From assembly GCA_020062525.1 (NCBI GenBank), contig JAGUWE010000121.1:1-26583 (forward strand): DNA of 26,583 nt. The letters are read 5' to 3'. The stretch comes from Patescibacteria group bacterium (GTDB taxonomy: Bacteria > Patescibacteriota > Patescibacteriia > JAACEG01 > JAGUWE01). Below the pieces are notes generated by a model. That model had not been told where the DNA came from and did no database searches. It was given only the letters and a program-made list of their open reading frames with translations. The position numbers and the translations under genes were made by a program. This document shows positions 7,287 through 17,778 of the stretch, one piece after another (the stretch's first letter is position 1; each line of letters opens with the position of its first letter).

Positions 7287-9188
7287 ATGGGTAAAATTTT
7301 AGGTATTGATTTGGGTACAACCAATAGTGCGATGGCGATTGTTGAAGGAGGAGAACCAAAGGTTTTAGAAAATAAAGAAGGAGCGCGAACCACGCCTTCT
7401 GTTGTAGCTATTTCTAAGACCGACGAAAGATTAATTGGTCAAATTGCCAAAAGACAAGCGGTGACCAATCCGGACAATACTATTTTTTCTATTAAACGTT
7501 TAATCGGACGACGTTTTGAAGATAAAGAAGTTCAACGGGACATCAAACTTCTGTCTTATAAAATTGTTAGAGCTGGTGAAGGTGTTAAGGTTGTTATGGC
7601 TGGTAAAGAATATTCACCGCAAGAAATTTCAGCTATGATTTTACAAAAATTAAAGACCGATGCCGAGGATCGTTTAGGTGAAAAAATTGAAGAGGCGGTC
7701 ATAACAGTGCCAGCTTACTTTAATGATTCACAGCGCCAAGCCACCAAAGACGCTGGAGAAATTGCTGGTTTTAAAGTGAGACGAATTATTAATGAGCCAA
7801 CGGCAGCGGCTTTGGCCTATGGCTTTGAAAAGAAGAAGGGTCAACAAACTGCGGTCTATGATTTGGGCGGCGGCACTTTTGATGTTTCAATTTTGGATAT
7901 TGGTGATGATACAGTGGAAGTTAAATCAACTAACGGCGATACTCATTTAGGTGGAGATGATTTTGATCAAATCATTATCAATTGGATAATTTCCGAATTT
8001 AAGCGCGATCAAGGCATTGATTTATCGCGCGATAAATTAGCACTGCAACGGCTTAAAGAAGCGGCTGAAAAAGCTAAAATTGAGCTTTCCACAGTGACTG
8101 AAACCGAAATTAACCAGCCCTTTATTACTACTGATGCTGCGGGGCCAAAACATTTAGTAATGAAATTTACTCGAGCTAAAATGGAAGAGTTGGTCGGCGA
8201 TTTGGTTGAAAAAACACTTGAACCCTGCCGTCAGGCTCTTAAAGATGCTGGATTTACCACTTCGGACATTGAAGAAGTAGTGATGGTGGGTGGTATGACC
8301 AGAATGCCTTTGGTACTGCGGACAGTGGAAAAATTTTTTGGCAAAAAGCCAAACATTTCAGTCAATCCGGATGAAGTGGTGGCAGTTGGCGCGGCCATTC
8401 AAGGTGGAATTTTGCGTGGTGAAGTTAGAGATGTTTTATTGCTTGACGTTACTCCCTTAACCTTGGGCATTGAAACCTTAGGCGGCGTAGCCACCCCACT
8501 TATTATAAAAAATACAACCATCCCGACTTCAAAGTCGCAGATTTTTTCTACCGCGGCTGATACTCAGACCTCGGTTGAAATTCATGTTTTGCAAGGTGAA
8601 CGACCAATGGCCGAGGATAATAAAACTTTAGGGCGATTCATTCTTTCTGGCATTCCGCCAGCACCCCGTGGCATTCCCCAGATTGAAGTTACTTTTGATA
8701 TTGATGCCAATGGTATTTTAAATGTCAAAGCCCGTGACAAAGCGACTGACAAAGAACAATCAATTACTATTACTGCCTCTTCTGGTCTTTCTAAAGAAGA
8801 GATTGAAAAAATGAAAAGAGAAGCCGATGTTCACGCCGAAGAGGATAGAAAGAAAAAAGAAAAAGCTGATCTTAAAAATGAAGCTGACACTTTAATTTTT
8901 CAAACAGAAAAGGTCTTGCGCGAGGCCGGTGACAAAGTTTCGGAGACAGTTAGAAAAGAAGTTCAAGAAAAAGTTGAGGCCTTGAAAAAAGTTAAAGATG
9001 GTGATGACATTGAGGCAATTAAGAAAGCAGTAGCCGATTTAAATCAAACAATTCAAAAAGTCGGCGCGGAAATGTACAAAGCGGCCCAAGAGAAAAGCGC
9101 TTCAGAGCAACCCTCGGGTCAAACTTCTGCAGAAGACAAAAAAGAAGAGCCCAAAGAAGGGGAGTTTGAAGAAGGGGAGAAAAAATAA
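7287..9188 (+). CDS. dnaK: Chaperone DnaK (Hsp70)
   Basis: [51 protein letters not shown] signatures. Confidence 0.99.
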   Translation: MGKILGIDLGTTNSAMAIVEGGEPKVLENKEGARTTPSVVAISKTDERLIGQIAKRQAVTNPDNTIFSIKRLIGRRFEDKEVQRDIKLLSYKIVRAGEGVKVVMAGKEYSPQEISAMILQKLKTDAEDRLGEKIEEAVITVPAYFNDSQRQATKDAGEIAGFKVRRIINEPTAAALAYGFEKKKGQQTAVYDLGGGTFDVSILDIGDDTVEVKSTNGDTHLGGDDFDQIIINWIISEFKRDQGIDLSRDKLALQRLKEAAEKAKIELSTVTETEINQPFITTDAAGPKHLVMKFTRAKMEELVGDLVEKTLEPCRQALKDAGFTTSDIEEVVMVGGMTRMPLVLRTVEKFFGKKPNISVNPDEVVAVGAAIQGGILRGEVRDVLLLDVTPLTLGIETLGGVATPLIIKNTTIPTSKSQIFSTAADTQTSVEIHVLQGERPMAEDNKTLGRFILSGIPPAPRGIPQIEVTFDIDANGILNVKARDKATDKEQSITITASSGLSKEEIEKMKREADVHAEEDRKKKEKADLKNEADTLIFQTEKVLREAGDKVSETVRKEVQEKVEALKKVKDGDDIEAIKKAVADLNQTIQKVGAEMYKAAQEKSASEQPSGQTSAEDKKEEPKEGEFEEGEKK

Positions 9189-9200
9189 ATAAGAAAAAAC

Positions 9201-10313
9201 ATGGCTAAAGATTATTATAAAATTTTAGGAGTTGGGCGAAATGCCAGTCAAGAAGAAATTAAAAAAGCTTTTCGCCGTTTAGCTCACCAACATCACCCCG
9301 ACAAAACCGGCGGTGATGAAAAAAAATTCAAAGAAATCAACGAGGCCTATCAGGTTCTTTCCGATTCGCAAAAAAGGTCTCAATATGACCAATTCGGGCA
9401 AACTTTTGAACAAGCTCAAGCCGGAGGCGGTTTTTCTGGTTTTGAAGGTTTTCGCGATTTTTCGGATTTTACCGACGCCTTTCGCCAAGGCGGCCGCGGT
9501 GGCGTTGAATTTGATTTTTCAAATTTTGGTGATTTTTCTGATGTTTTTTCAGATTTTTTTGGTATGGGCCGAACCAGAAAAAAACCACGAGTTAGCCGAA
9601 ACATTGAAGTAGACCTGACTCTAAATTTAAAAGAGGTTGCCCAGGGAGCGGAAAGAGTTATCGAACTTTATAAAAATGTGAATTGCTCGCGTTGTGGTGG
9701 TAGTGGGGCTGAACCAGGTAGTTTGGTGAAAACTTGTCCGACTTGTAAGGGTCAAGGACAAATTTATCAAGTTCGTTCTACCATTTTAGGTCAAATTAGA
9801 ACAACTTCTACCTGCCCTGAATGTTTAGGAAGTGGTAAATTGGCAGAAAAAAAATGTTCAATATGTCGGGGTGAAGGAGCGGTTAAAGAAATTAAAAAAG
9901 TAAAAATCAACATACCCGGCGGCGTTGATGAAGGACAGGTAATTCGCCTGACAGGTGAAGGTGAAGCCGGTCCTAAAGGTTCGCCAGCCGGTGATTTATA
10001 TGTTAATGTTCATCTTGAGCCCCATCCTTTGTTTTCTCGCCGCGGAGCTGATATTTATACCAAGAAAGTTATTAACATTATTCAAGCCGCCTTAGGTGAT
10101 AAAATTGAAGTAGAAACTCTTTATGGATCTGTAAAATTAGCCATTCCCGAAGGCACCCAAAGCGGCGAAAAGTTTCGCCTGCGCAGTAAGGGCTTGCCAA
10201 AATTGCGCGGCTTTGGCCGGGGCGATGAAATTGTAGAAATTATTGTCAAAACGCCGAAGAATTTAACAAAAAAACAGAAAGAACTATTACGGGAATTAGA
10301 GGAGAGTTTGTAG
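9201..10313 (+). CDS. dnaJ: Chaperone DnaJ
   Basis: J domain with HPD, G/F-rich region, four CxxCxGxG repeats, GDLYV. Confidence 0.98.
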   Translation: MAKDYYKILGVGRNASQEEIKKAFRRLAHQHHPDKTGGDEKKFKEINEAYQVLSDSQKRSQYDQFGQTFEQAQAGGGFSGFEGFRDFSDFTDAFRQGGRGGVEFDFSNFGDFSDVFSDFFGMGRTRKKPRVSRNIEVDLTLNLKEVAQGAERVIELYKNVNCSRCGGSGAEPGSLVKTCPTCKGQGQIYQVRSTILGQIRTTSTCPECLGSGKLAEKKCSICRGEGAVKEIKKVKINIPGGVDEGQVIRLTGEGEAGPKGSPAGDLYVNVHLEPHPLFSRRGADIYTKKVINIIQAALGDKIEVETLYGSVKLAIPEGTQSGEKFRLRSKGLPKLRGFGRGDEIVEIIVKTPKNLTKKQKELLRELEESL

Positions 10314-10370
10314 AATTTCTAATTTTCAATTTCCAATTTTCAATGAATTTTCAATAATTTAATTTTCAAT
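10314..10370 (+). repeat. Tandem heptamer array AATTT(T/C)(C/T)
   Basis: AATTTCT AATTTTC AATTTCC AATTTTC in register (10314-10341), plus AATTTTCAAT at 10346 and 10361. Confidence 0.75.
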
Positions 10371-10376
10371 ATATTT

Positions 10377-11212
10377 ATGTCATTTGAGTTACCTAATAAT
10401 TATCAGGAAAATAGAGATAATCAAACCCCCGAATCTTTAAGAAAGGGGGCGGAGAAAATTATTAATATATTTTGCAGTAAATTTGAAGTGGTTGGCAAAA
10501 ATAATATTGAAAAAATAAAAAAGGAAAACCCAGATGATAAATTCATAGTTACTTCTTCACATTTTTCAAACTTAGATGGCCAGCCGCAATTAAGGTCTTA
10601 GGTGAAGATTTTAATCTTCAAATAGCAGTTGGATCACTTCATTTTGGCTGGACACCCCAAGAAGTAATGTACAGAATGGGTGGCAAAGAAAATTTTTCTC
10701 CCCTTGAATATCGAAAAAGTAAAGGGGATAAATTCGGTGTATTTAATCCGGATGATTTTGAAAATTTATCAGAAAAAATGAATCAAGGCAAAACACCTTG
10801 GATAGGCATACATCCTTTCACTACTAAAAAGGAAATGCAAAGGGCTCGAGTTGGGCCTGTTTATCTTGCTCAACTGACCGGTGCAAAAATAATTCCAACT
10901 GCTTTAGAAGTTAAAGGTGGAAGCGTTAGTCTTGAAGGACTGCAAGAGTTAGCAAAAGGATTTGTAAAGAAAGTTGAAGCCAGGTATCATATTGGCAAAC
11001 CCGTAGAATTACCAACAATTGACGTCAGCATTATTAGAACAGTTTTAGAAAAAAGAAAAAATAACGAAAAAGTAACTTCTGACGAATTTAAAAAATTTCA
11101 ACAGGTTCACCAACAATTAAAAATTCAAGCCGATGAAGTTGCTCAAATTATTAGCGAAATGCTCCCCGAGAATTATCGAGGAATTTATCAAAGAAACAAT
11201 AATAATTTATGA
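10377..11212 (+). pseudogene. Frameshifted PlsC-like (lysophospholipid) acyltransferase; pseudogene or sequence error
   Basis: ORF1 carries motif I SHFSNLD. One extra base near 10580 gives the continuous reading ...LDGPAAIKVLGEDFNLQIAVGSLHF... into ORF2, which carries IHP (motif III-like) and GPVYLAQLTGAKIIPTAL. Confidence 0.75.
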
Positions 11213-12600
11213 TTAAACTTTATAACACTCTTTCGCGCAAAAAGGAAGAATTTAAGCCGATAAAGAAGGGGAGTGCTGGCATTTACTCCTGCGGGCCCAC
11301 GGTTTATAATTTTGCCCATATTGGCAATCTGCGGTCTTTTATTTTTGCCGATATTTTACAGCGGGTTTTAAGATTTAATGGCCTAAAAGTTAACTGGGTG
11401 ATGAACATAACTGATGTTGATGATAAAACCATCCGCGATTCGCAAAAAGAATATCCTGACTTAGAATCAAAAGAAGCTCTAAAACAATTAACTACTAAAT
11501 ACGAAAAAGCTTTTTGGCAAGATTTAGCCGAGTTAAATATTGAGCGGCCGGATAAAATTCCTCATGCTACAGAATTTATTTCGCAAATGCAAGATTTAAT
11601 TAGGAGAATCATTAAGTCCGGCTATGCTTATGAGTGCGACGGCTCTTTTTATTTTGATGTTGCTAAATATGCCAAAAATTTTAAATACGGGCAATTAGTT
11701 GATTTGGATTTATCGCAACTTAAAACCACCGAAAGAATCATGGCTGATGAATACGAAAAGGCCCAAATCCAGGATTTTGCTCTTTGGAAAGCAACTAAAT
11801 CCAATGAACCTAGCTGGGATTTTAAGTTTTTGGGTAAAAACTATCCCGGCCGGCCGGGCTGGCATATTGAATGCAGCGTGATGAGCCAAGAGTATTTAGG
11901 CATTCCTTTTGATATCCACACCGGCGGAGTTGATTTGCGCTTTCCGCACCATGAAAATGAAATTGCCCAAAACACTACTGGTTACGGCACAAAAAAATTA
12001 GCTAACTTTTTTATTCACAATGAACATGTTTTAGTTGATAATCAAAAAATGGCTAAAAGGTTTAAGAATTTTTATACTTTAAAAAATTTAGAAGAAAAAG
12101 GTTTTGAGTCACTGGCGTTTCGTTATCTATGTCTTTTAACCCATTACCAAAAGAAACTGAATTTTTCTTGGGAGGCGCTTAAAGGTGCCCAGCAAGGATT
12201 GAATCACCTTTGGTTTAATATTAGTAAACTTAAAATCGGTCACGGCAAGGTTATTAAAAAATATTTAGAAAAGTTTAATCAAACTCTTAATGACAATTTG
12301 GATTTGCCCAAAACCCTCGGTCTCATCCATAAAGTAATCAAATCGCAGGCAAAAGAGGCTGACAAGCGTGCTACTTTGCTTAAATTTGATGAGGTTTTGG
12401 GACTTAATCTTAACGTTAAAAACATTGATCAAATAATTGGGAAAGAGATAAAAACAAAAATTAAAAAATATGAATTAGCGCGAAAAAAGAAAGATTATCA
12501 GCTTTCAGATAAACTGCGCCAAGAAATAAACAAAGAATTAGTCAAATTTAATTTACAAATTTCAGATACTAAAGAAGGAGCGGAAATAGTCAAGAAATAA
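11209..12600 (+). CDS. cysS: Cysteine--tRNA ligase
   Basis: [59 protein letters not shown] (KMSKS equivalent). Confidence 0.97.
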   Translation: MIKLYNTLSRKKEEFKPIKKGSAGIYSCGPTVYNFAHIGNLRSFIFADILQRVLRFNGLKVNWVMNITDVDDKTIRDSQKEYPDLESKEALKQLTTKYEKAFWQDLAELNIERPDKIPHATEFISQMQDLIRRIIKSGYAYECDGSFYFDVAKYAKNFKYGQLVDLDLSQLKTTERIMADEYEKAQIQDFALWKATKSNEPSWDFKFLGKNYPGRPGWHIECSVMSQEYLGIPFDIHTGGVDLRFPHHENEIAQNTTGYGTKKLANFFIHNEHVLVDNQKMAKRFKNFYTLKNLEEKGFESLAFRYLCLLTHYQKKLNFSWEALKGAQQGLNHLWFNISKLKIGHGKVIKKYLEKFNQTLNDNLDLPKTLGLIHKVIKSQAKEADKRATLLKFDEVLGLNLNVKNIDQIIGKEIKTKIKKYELARKKKDYQLSDKLRQEINKELVKFNLQISDTKEGAEIVKK

Positions 12601-12607
12601 AAACAAC

Positions 12608-12640
12608 AAGGGCAGGGAATAACCCTGCTCTTTGACTTTT
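12608..12640 (+). terminator. Intrinsic terminator after cysS
   Basis: Stem AGGGCAGGG-aataa-CCCTGCTCT followed by T-rich TTTGACTTTTT. Confidence 0.6.
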
Positions 12641-12645
12641 TAATT

Positions 12646-12715
12646 CCCTCCTTTTAAAAAGGAGGGCTAGGGTGGATTTTAAAAATCTCCCTTATTCCCT
12701 CTTTAATAAAGAGGG
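12646..12715. repeat. REP-like doublet of purine/pyrimidine hairpins
   Basis: CCCTCCTTTT-a-AAAAGGAGGG (12646-12666) and CCCTCTTTA-a-TAAAGAGGG (12697-12715), with GATTTT-a-AAAATC between. Confidence 0.6.
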
Positions 12716-12728
12716 GGATTCATTATTT

Positions 12729-13661
12729 TCACTTAAGCCATTGTTTTTTTCTAAACCAGAGAAGCATTCCTGAAATTATTGTCAACATTAAACCAATAAT
12801 AATCCAGAAGTTGTAAGGATTGTTTAAAAAAGGCATACCGCCATTGGCCCGCATTGAAAAAATAGTGGCCAACAGCGTCATTTGAAAAATGGTGACCGAA
12901 AACATAGTTAAGGTCTTAATAATTTCATTGGTTCTATAAGACATTATTGAGTCATTGGTATGTTTTAAGGCCTCAATCATTTCTTTGTGATTTTCCAAAA
13001 TTTCCCAAATGTCTTTGGTTCTTTGGACAAGTGAATTAAATTTAGGGCGAAGTTCATTGCCAATAAAATAACTTCCTTCTTCTTGGGCCAAGCGGCGAAT
13101 GATATTTTTATGCGCTTGCATTACTCGACGGAAAGTAATAATGTTTCGCTTGATGCGCAAAATGTCCTGGATGCTTTCTTGCTGTTTACCTTGATAAATA
13201 ATTTCTTCTAAATTGTTAATATCCCAACTAATTTTATCCAGAATTGGAAAACAAGATTTTAAAAGTTGTTCTAAAATTTCAAAAAGTATGCTCCCGGGCT
13301 CTTTGTTTAAATATTGTTTTAAGGTGGCGGTGTCTTTTTTACAGACGCTAATAATATTATTAAGTTTTGGCAGCAGGCCGTTATGAACTGAGACCAAATA
13401 TTTTTTACCTAAGAAGAAATCAATTTCTTCAACGAAAACGGCGCCGTTTTTTTCATTATAGGCAGGAAAACGAAAAATGCTAAAACAGTAGTCGCCATAG
13501 CGTTTGATTTTCAGCCGTTGGGCAAAAACAGTAGCTAAGGTTGCCCGCAAGTCCTTTAATTGGAAATCAAAGGTCTTTTTCAAAAACTCTAAGTCCGTTT
13601 TTTTTGCCTGCTTAACATCAATCCATTGAAGGCCATTGTTTTTAAAAATGTGATAAGACAT
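12729..13661 (-). CDS. corA: CorA-family divalent cation transporter with a non-canonical signature loop
   Basis: WIDV..., large cytoplasmic helical domain, two C-terminal TM helices (NEIIKTLTMFSV...IFSMRANGGMPF...NFWIIIGLM). ATG 13661 preferred. Confidence 0.85.
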   Translation of the reverse strand: MSYHIFKNNGLQWIDVKQAKKTDLEFLKKTFDFQLKDLRATLATVFAQRLKIKRYGDYCFSIFRFPAYNEKNGAVFVEEIDFFLGKKYLVSVHNGLLPKLNNIISVCKKDTATLKQYLNKEPGSILFEILEQLLKSCFPILDKISWDINNLEEIIYQGKQQESIQDILRIKRNIITFRRVMQAHKNIIRRLAQEEGSYFIGNELRPKFNSLVQRTKDIWEILENHKEMIEALKHTNDSIMSYRTNEIIKTLTMFSVTIFQMTLLATIFSMRANGGMPFLNNPYNFWIIIGLMLTIISGMLLWFRKKQWLK

Positions 13662-13798
13662 ATTACAAAACAAAAAATCAAATATCAAAAATCAAAAAGA
13701 CGAACATATTAGTTGTTGATAACTATTATTTTAAGGATAAAGAAATTGGTTCGTTCGGTCAAAAAAGAAAATAAATTTTCTTTTTCTCCCTCTCTGCC

Positions 13799-13840
13799 AA
13801 TTATAGCATATTTCAAATTTATTCGCTATATGCTATAATT
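13799..13840. promoter_or_regulatory. Divergent extended -10 promoters (TGCTATAAT on both strands)
   Basis: TGCTATAAT at 13831-13839 (+) and 13808-13800 (-), forming a 13-bp perfect IR between divergent genes. Confidence 0.65.
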
Positions 13841-13867
13841 TATAATGTTAAAGTCAGAAAGAAAGAT

Positions 13868-14413
13868 ATGGCTAATTTACCAGGCCAAAATTTAACCAAC
13901 CAGAAACCAGAAAAGGAGTTTCCCAAAGAGCCAGCAGAAACCCCCCAATTTGAAATTGAAAAAAAACTACCCGAACAAATTCCTGAAAAAATAAAAGAAG
14001 CAATTGGGGAAGCCAAAATTGAAATTAAAAAAGAAGAGCCAAAACCAGAAATCCTCAAGCCGAGCACCCAAATCAGCACCAAAATCATTAAAAGCCAAAC
14101 TCTTAAAGAAATCGAAAATATTTTAGAAGAGGACTTAGAAGAAATTTATTTTGGTCTTCCCCAAAACAAAAAAGTTGAATTTAAACAAAAAGGCGAGGAA
14201 ACTGCTTCCAAAATTGAAGTAATTCTTTTTCAGGTTAAAATTAGGGTCTCGCAAATCTTAAATTTAATCAAAGAATGGTTAAAATTGATTCCCGGGGTCA
14301 ATAAATTTTTCTTAGAACAAGAGGCCAAAATTAAAACCGATAAAATTTTGCAATTATCCAAAAAAGATGAAAAAGAAAAAACAAAAGAGTTAGATATTGA
14401 TGGTTTAATCTAA
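13868..14413 (+). CDS. Hypothetical protein, Glu/Lys/Pro-rich N-terminus
   Basis: Long ORF; C-terminal IENILEEDL...FKQKGEETA..I...WLKLIPGVNKFFLEQEAKIK resembles a CPR protein I associate with the adjacent ATPase; not verified. Confidence 0.7.
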   Translation: MANLPGQNLTNQKPEKEFPKEPAETPQFEIEKKLPEQIPEKIKEAIGEAKIEIKKEEPKPEILKPSTQISTKIIKSQTLKEIENILEEDLEEIYFGLPQNKKVEFKQKGEETASKIEVILFQVKIRVSQILNLIKEWLKLIPGVNKFFLEQEAKIKTDKILQLSKKDEKEKTKELDIDGLI

Positions 14414-14422
14414 AAAACAAAA

Positions 14423-16924
14423 ATGGAAAATTCAAGCACAATCGGAATTTATCTAACAATGATTTTTGTTGTCATTGTTATTTTAGTTTTGGTTGGCTTA
14501 TTGATAGCTCGCTTAATTTTAAGAAGACGAGGTTGGTTACCGTATGCTTTTCAAAAAAGCATTTTTTTGGTTACTTTGCCCAAAGAATCAATTAAAGATC
14601 TGGAGATGGGCAAGGTTAATACACTTCAAATTATTCAAGAAAAAATTGGTTTAGCTGAAGCTCTTTTTAGCAGTTTAGGTGGGTTGCGGGCCCAACGAGG
14701 ACTGAAAGTTTTGCTTTACGGTCGCTCAGATCATCTTTCTTTTGAGATTGTCTCTCACAAAGGCATTATTTATTTTTTTGTGGCGGTGCCACACTATTTA
14801 GAAAGATTTCTGGAACAGGAAATTCACGCCCAATATCAAGAAGCCCTAATTGAAAAAATCACTGATTATAATATTTTTACCCCTCGCGGTGTGATTAAAA
14901 GCGCAACCATTATTTTAAATAAACCCTTTATCTTTCCTCTTAAGACCTATCGTAAATTAAATTCTGATTCTTTAAATTCTTTGACCAATGCTTTGTCTAA
15001 ATTACAAAAAAACGAAGGAGCAGCAATTCAGATTATTGCCCGTTCAGCCAAAGCCCAATGGCACGCTTGGGGAGCGCGAGTTGCCAGTCAAATGAAACAA
15101 GGCAAGCCCTTAAAAGAAGCAATGAAGTCAACCGGCACAGCCGGCAGTCGACCACTTTGGCAAGAAGTTGGCCGAATGATAATTGGTAGTGGCACTACCA
15201 CTCAACAACAAGCTAAAAAACAGACGCTCCAGCCGCAACCTTATTATCATTTATCACCAATGGAAGAGGAGTTAATTAAGGGTTTGGAAGAGAAAACCTC
15301 CAAGGCCGGACTTGATGTCAATATTCGGGTCGTTGTCTCATCAGAGAATCCCGAGCGAGCCCAGATGTATTTGCGCAATATTCTTGATGCTTTTGCCCAA
15401 TATAATATTTATCAATACGGCAATTCCTTCCGGGCAAAAAAACAACAAGGCAAAAAAATCATTCGTAATTTTATTTACCGCAATTTTGACGAAAGAAAAA
15501 AAATGATTCTTAATTGCGAAGAATTAGCTAGTATTTTTCATTTTCCTTTGCTAACAACTGAAACGCCGAATATTTTATGGTTGGCGGCTAAACGAGCGCC
15601 GGCTCCACTTAATATTCCCCATGAAGGCATTATTTTAGGTAAAAATGTTTTCCGTGGTGAGGAGACCTTAATTTACCTTGCTAAAAAAGATCGTCGCCGC
15701 CATATCTATATTATTGGTAAATCCGGGGTCGGTAAATCAGTGATGCTGGCTAAGATGGCAATTCAAGATATTAAAAATGGCGAAGGAATTTGCATTATTG
15801 ATCCGCATGGTGATTTGGCTAATGATGTTTTAGCCGGCGTGCCACCGTCGCGAGCCGAAGATGTAGTTTATTTTGATCCTTCAGACACCTCAAGACCATT
15901 GGGTCTTAATCTTTTAGAGTATGATCCAAAATATCCCCAGCAGAAAACTTTTATGATTAATGAGATGATTAAAATTTTTGACAAACTTTATGATTTGCGC
16001 CAAACCGGTGGACCAATGTTTGAGCAATATATGCGAAATTCAATGCTTTTAGTGATGGAACATCCAGAAAGCGGTAGTACTTTAATGGAGATTCCCAAGG
16101 TCCTCTCTGATGCTGAATTTCGCCGTTTTAAATTAGACAAATGTCAAAATCCGGTGGTGCGTGATTTTTGGCAAAAAGAAGCAGAAAAGGCCGGCGGCGA
16201 AGCAGCCTTAGCTAATATGGTGCCCTATATTACTTCTAAACTTAATGCCTTTATTGCTAATGATATGATGAGACCAATTATTGCCCAACAACAAAGCGCT
16301 TTTAATTTACGGCAAATTATGGATGAGGGTAAAATTCTGATTGTTAATCTTTGCAAGGGTCGGCTTGGAGATTTAAACGCTTATTTAATTGGCATGGTTT
16401 TAGTTGGTAAAATTTTAATGGCCGCCCTCAGTCGGACCGACATTGATCAAGAAAAACGGAGCGATTTCTATCTTTATTTAGATGAATTTCAGAATTTTAT
16501 TACTGATAGCATTGCTATTATTTTGTCTGAGGCCAGAAAATATCGGCTTGATTTAACCATTGCTCATCAATACATTGGCCAATTAGTCAAGGGTCAGGAT
16601 ACTTCAATTCGTGACGCGGTTTTTGGCAATGTTGGCACGATCATTACTTTTAAAATTGGAGTAGAGGACGCCAAATTTATTGCTCAAGAATTTGCCCCGG
16701 TCTTTAATGAAAGAGATTTAATTAATATTGAAAAGTATAATGCTTATGTTAAACTGCTGATTGATAATCAATCAGCCAGACCTTTTAATATGTTGACTTT
16801 GCCCTTAGAAAATCTTGATTTTACTATGACTGAAAAAATTAAACAACTTTCCCGCTTAAAATATGGCCGCGATTTAGCTTTAGTTGAGGCAGAAATCCTC
16901 AAATGGGTTAATTTAGCAATTTAA
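14423..16924 (+). CDS. Membrane-anchored TraG/VirD4/HerA-like P-loop ATPase (type IV coupling protein-like)
   Basis: N-terminal TM helix, Walker A GKSGVGKS, IIDPHGD, Walker B LYLDEFQNF, LSEARKY, AHQYIGQL, FGNVGT. Confidence 0.85.
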   Translation: MENSSTIGIYLTMIFVVIVILVLVGLLIARLILRRRGWLPYAFQKSIFLVTLPKESIKDLEMGKVNTLQIIQEKIGLAEALFSSLGGLRAQRGLKVLLYGRSDHLSFEIVSHKGIIYFFVAVPHYLERFLEQEIHAQYQEALIEKITDYNIFTPRGVIKSATIILNKPFIFPLKTYRKLNSDSLNSLTNALSKLQKNEGAAIQIIARSAKAQWHAWGARVASQMKQGKPLKEAMKSTGTAGSRPLWQEVGRMIIGSGTTTQQQAKKQTLQPQPYYHLSPMEEELIKGLEEKTSKAGLDVNIRVVVSSENPERAQMYLRNILDAFAQYNIYQYGNSFRAKKQQGKKIIRNFIYRNFDERKKMILNCEELASIFHFPLLTTETPNILWLAAKRAPAPLNIPHEGIILGKNVFRGEETLIYLAKKDRRRHIYIIGKSGVGKSVMLAKMAIQDIKNGEGICIIDPHGDLANDVLAGVPPSRAEDVVYFDPSDTSRPLGLNLLEYDPKYPQQKTFMINEMIKIFDKLYDLRQTGGPMFEQYMRNSMLLVMEHPESGSTLMEIPKVLSDAEFRRFKLDKCQNPVVRDFWQKEAEKAGGEAALANMVPYITSKLNAFIANDMMRPIIAQQQSAFNLRQIMDEGKILIVNLCKGRLGDLNAYLIGMVLVGKILMAALSRTDIDQEKRSDFYLYLDEFQNFITDSIAIILSEARKYRLDLTIAHQYIGQLVKGQDTSIRDAVFGNVGTIITFKIGVEDAKFIAQEFAPVFNERDLINIEKYNAYVKLLIDNQSARPFNMLTLPLENLDFTMTEKIKQLSRLKYGRDLALVEAEILKWVNLAI

Positions 16925-16927
16925 TTT

Positions 16928-17776
16928 ATGAAAATCATTTTAGCTAAGTCTGCTGGTTTTTGCTACGGTGTCAAGCGAGCAATTAAACTAGCGGAACAAA
17001 CACTTAAAACCAAACCCAAGCCGATCCAAATGATCGGCGATCTTGTTCATAATGAGTTTGTAGTAACTAATCTTAAAAAATTGGGTCTCGTAATGCTAAA
17101 TAATCTAAAAGATTTAAAGAGAGGCAGTTTTATTATTCAATCTCACGGTTTACCTCAAAAATTAATCAAAAAATTGTCGCGGCGGAATTTATCCATTATT
17201 GATACTACTTGCCCCAAAGTTAAAAAAACAGCTTATTTAGCTCAATATTTAGAAAAAAATGGCTATCAAATTGTTATTTTTGGCGATAAAAATCATGATG
17301 AAATTAAAACAATCAGTAGCACTCTTAAAAACGGGCCACTTATTATCAAAAATATAACTGAAATAAATAAAATTAGAAAAAATAACAAGATTGGACTTCT
17401 TAGTCAGACGACTAAATCTGATGATGAATTTTATCAGCTTGTTAATCAACTTATCCCAATGACTAAAAATTTAAAATATTTTAATACCATTTGTCCGGCC
17501 AGCCAAGCCCGGCAAAGGGAAGCAAAAGATTTAGCCAAAAAAGTTGATCTGATGTTAGTCATTGGTTCAACAAAAAGTGCCAATACGCTCCGACTTTTTC
17601 AAATTTGCAAAAACTATAAGCCGTTGACTTATTTGATTGAATCTGATAATTTTATTAAGAAGAAATGGTTAAAAAAAATCAAAACCGTGGGTTTAACCGC
17701 CGGTGCTTCAACACCTGATTTTGTCATCAAAAATGTTGTTAAAAAGCTAAAGTTACTTTCTACTTATTCACTTTAA
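16928..17776 (+). CDS. ispH: 4-hydroxy-3-methylbut-2-enyl diphosphate reductase
   Basis: AGFCYGVKRA, LVHN, SHG, DTTCPKV, NHDE, SQTT, NTICPAS, GSTKSANT, TAGASTP; all three Fe-S cysteines present. Confidence 0.95.
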   Translation: MKIILAKSAGFCYGVKRAIKLAEQTLKTKPKPIQMIGDLVHNEFVVTNLKKLGLVMLNNLKDLKRGSFIIQSHGLPQKLIKKLSRRNLSIIDTTCPKVKKTAYLAQYLEKNGYQIVIFGDKNHDEIKTISSTLKNGPLIIKNITEINKIRKNNKIGLLSQTTKSDDEFYQLVNQLIPMTKNLKYFNTICPASQARQREAKDLAKKVDLMLVIGSTKSANTLRLFQICKNYKPLTYLIESDNFIKKKWLKKIKTVGLTAGASTPDFVIKNVVKKLKLLSTYSL

Positions 17777-17778
17777 TT

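Noticed and set aside
10541-10601. Programmed -1 frameshift in the acyltransferase
   Set aside because: No in-frame X XXY YYZ slippery heptamer or obvious stimulator; a single-base loss explains it better.
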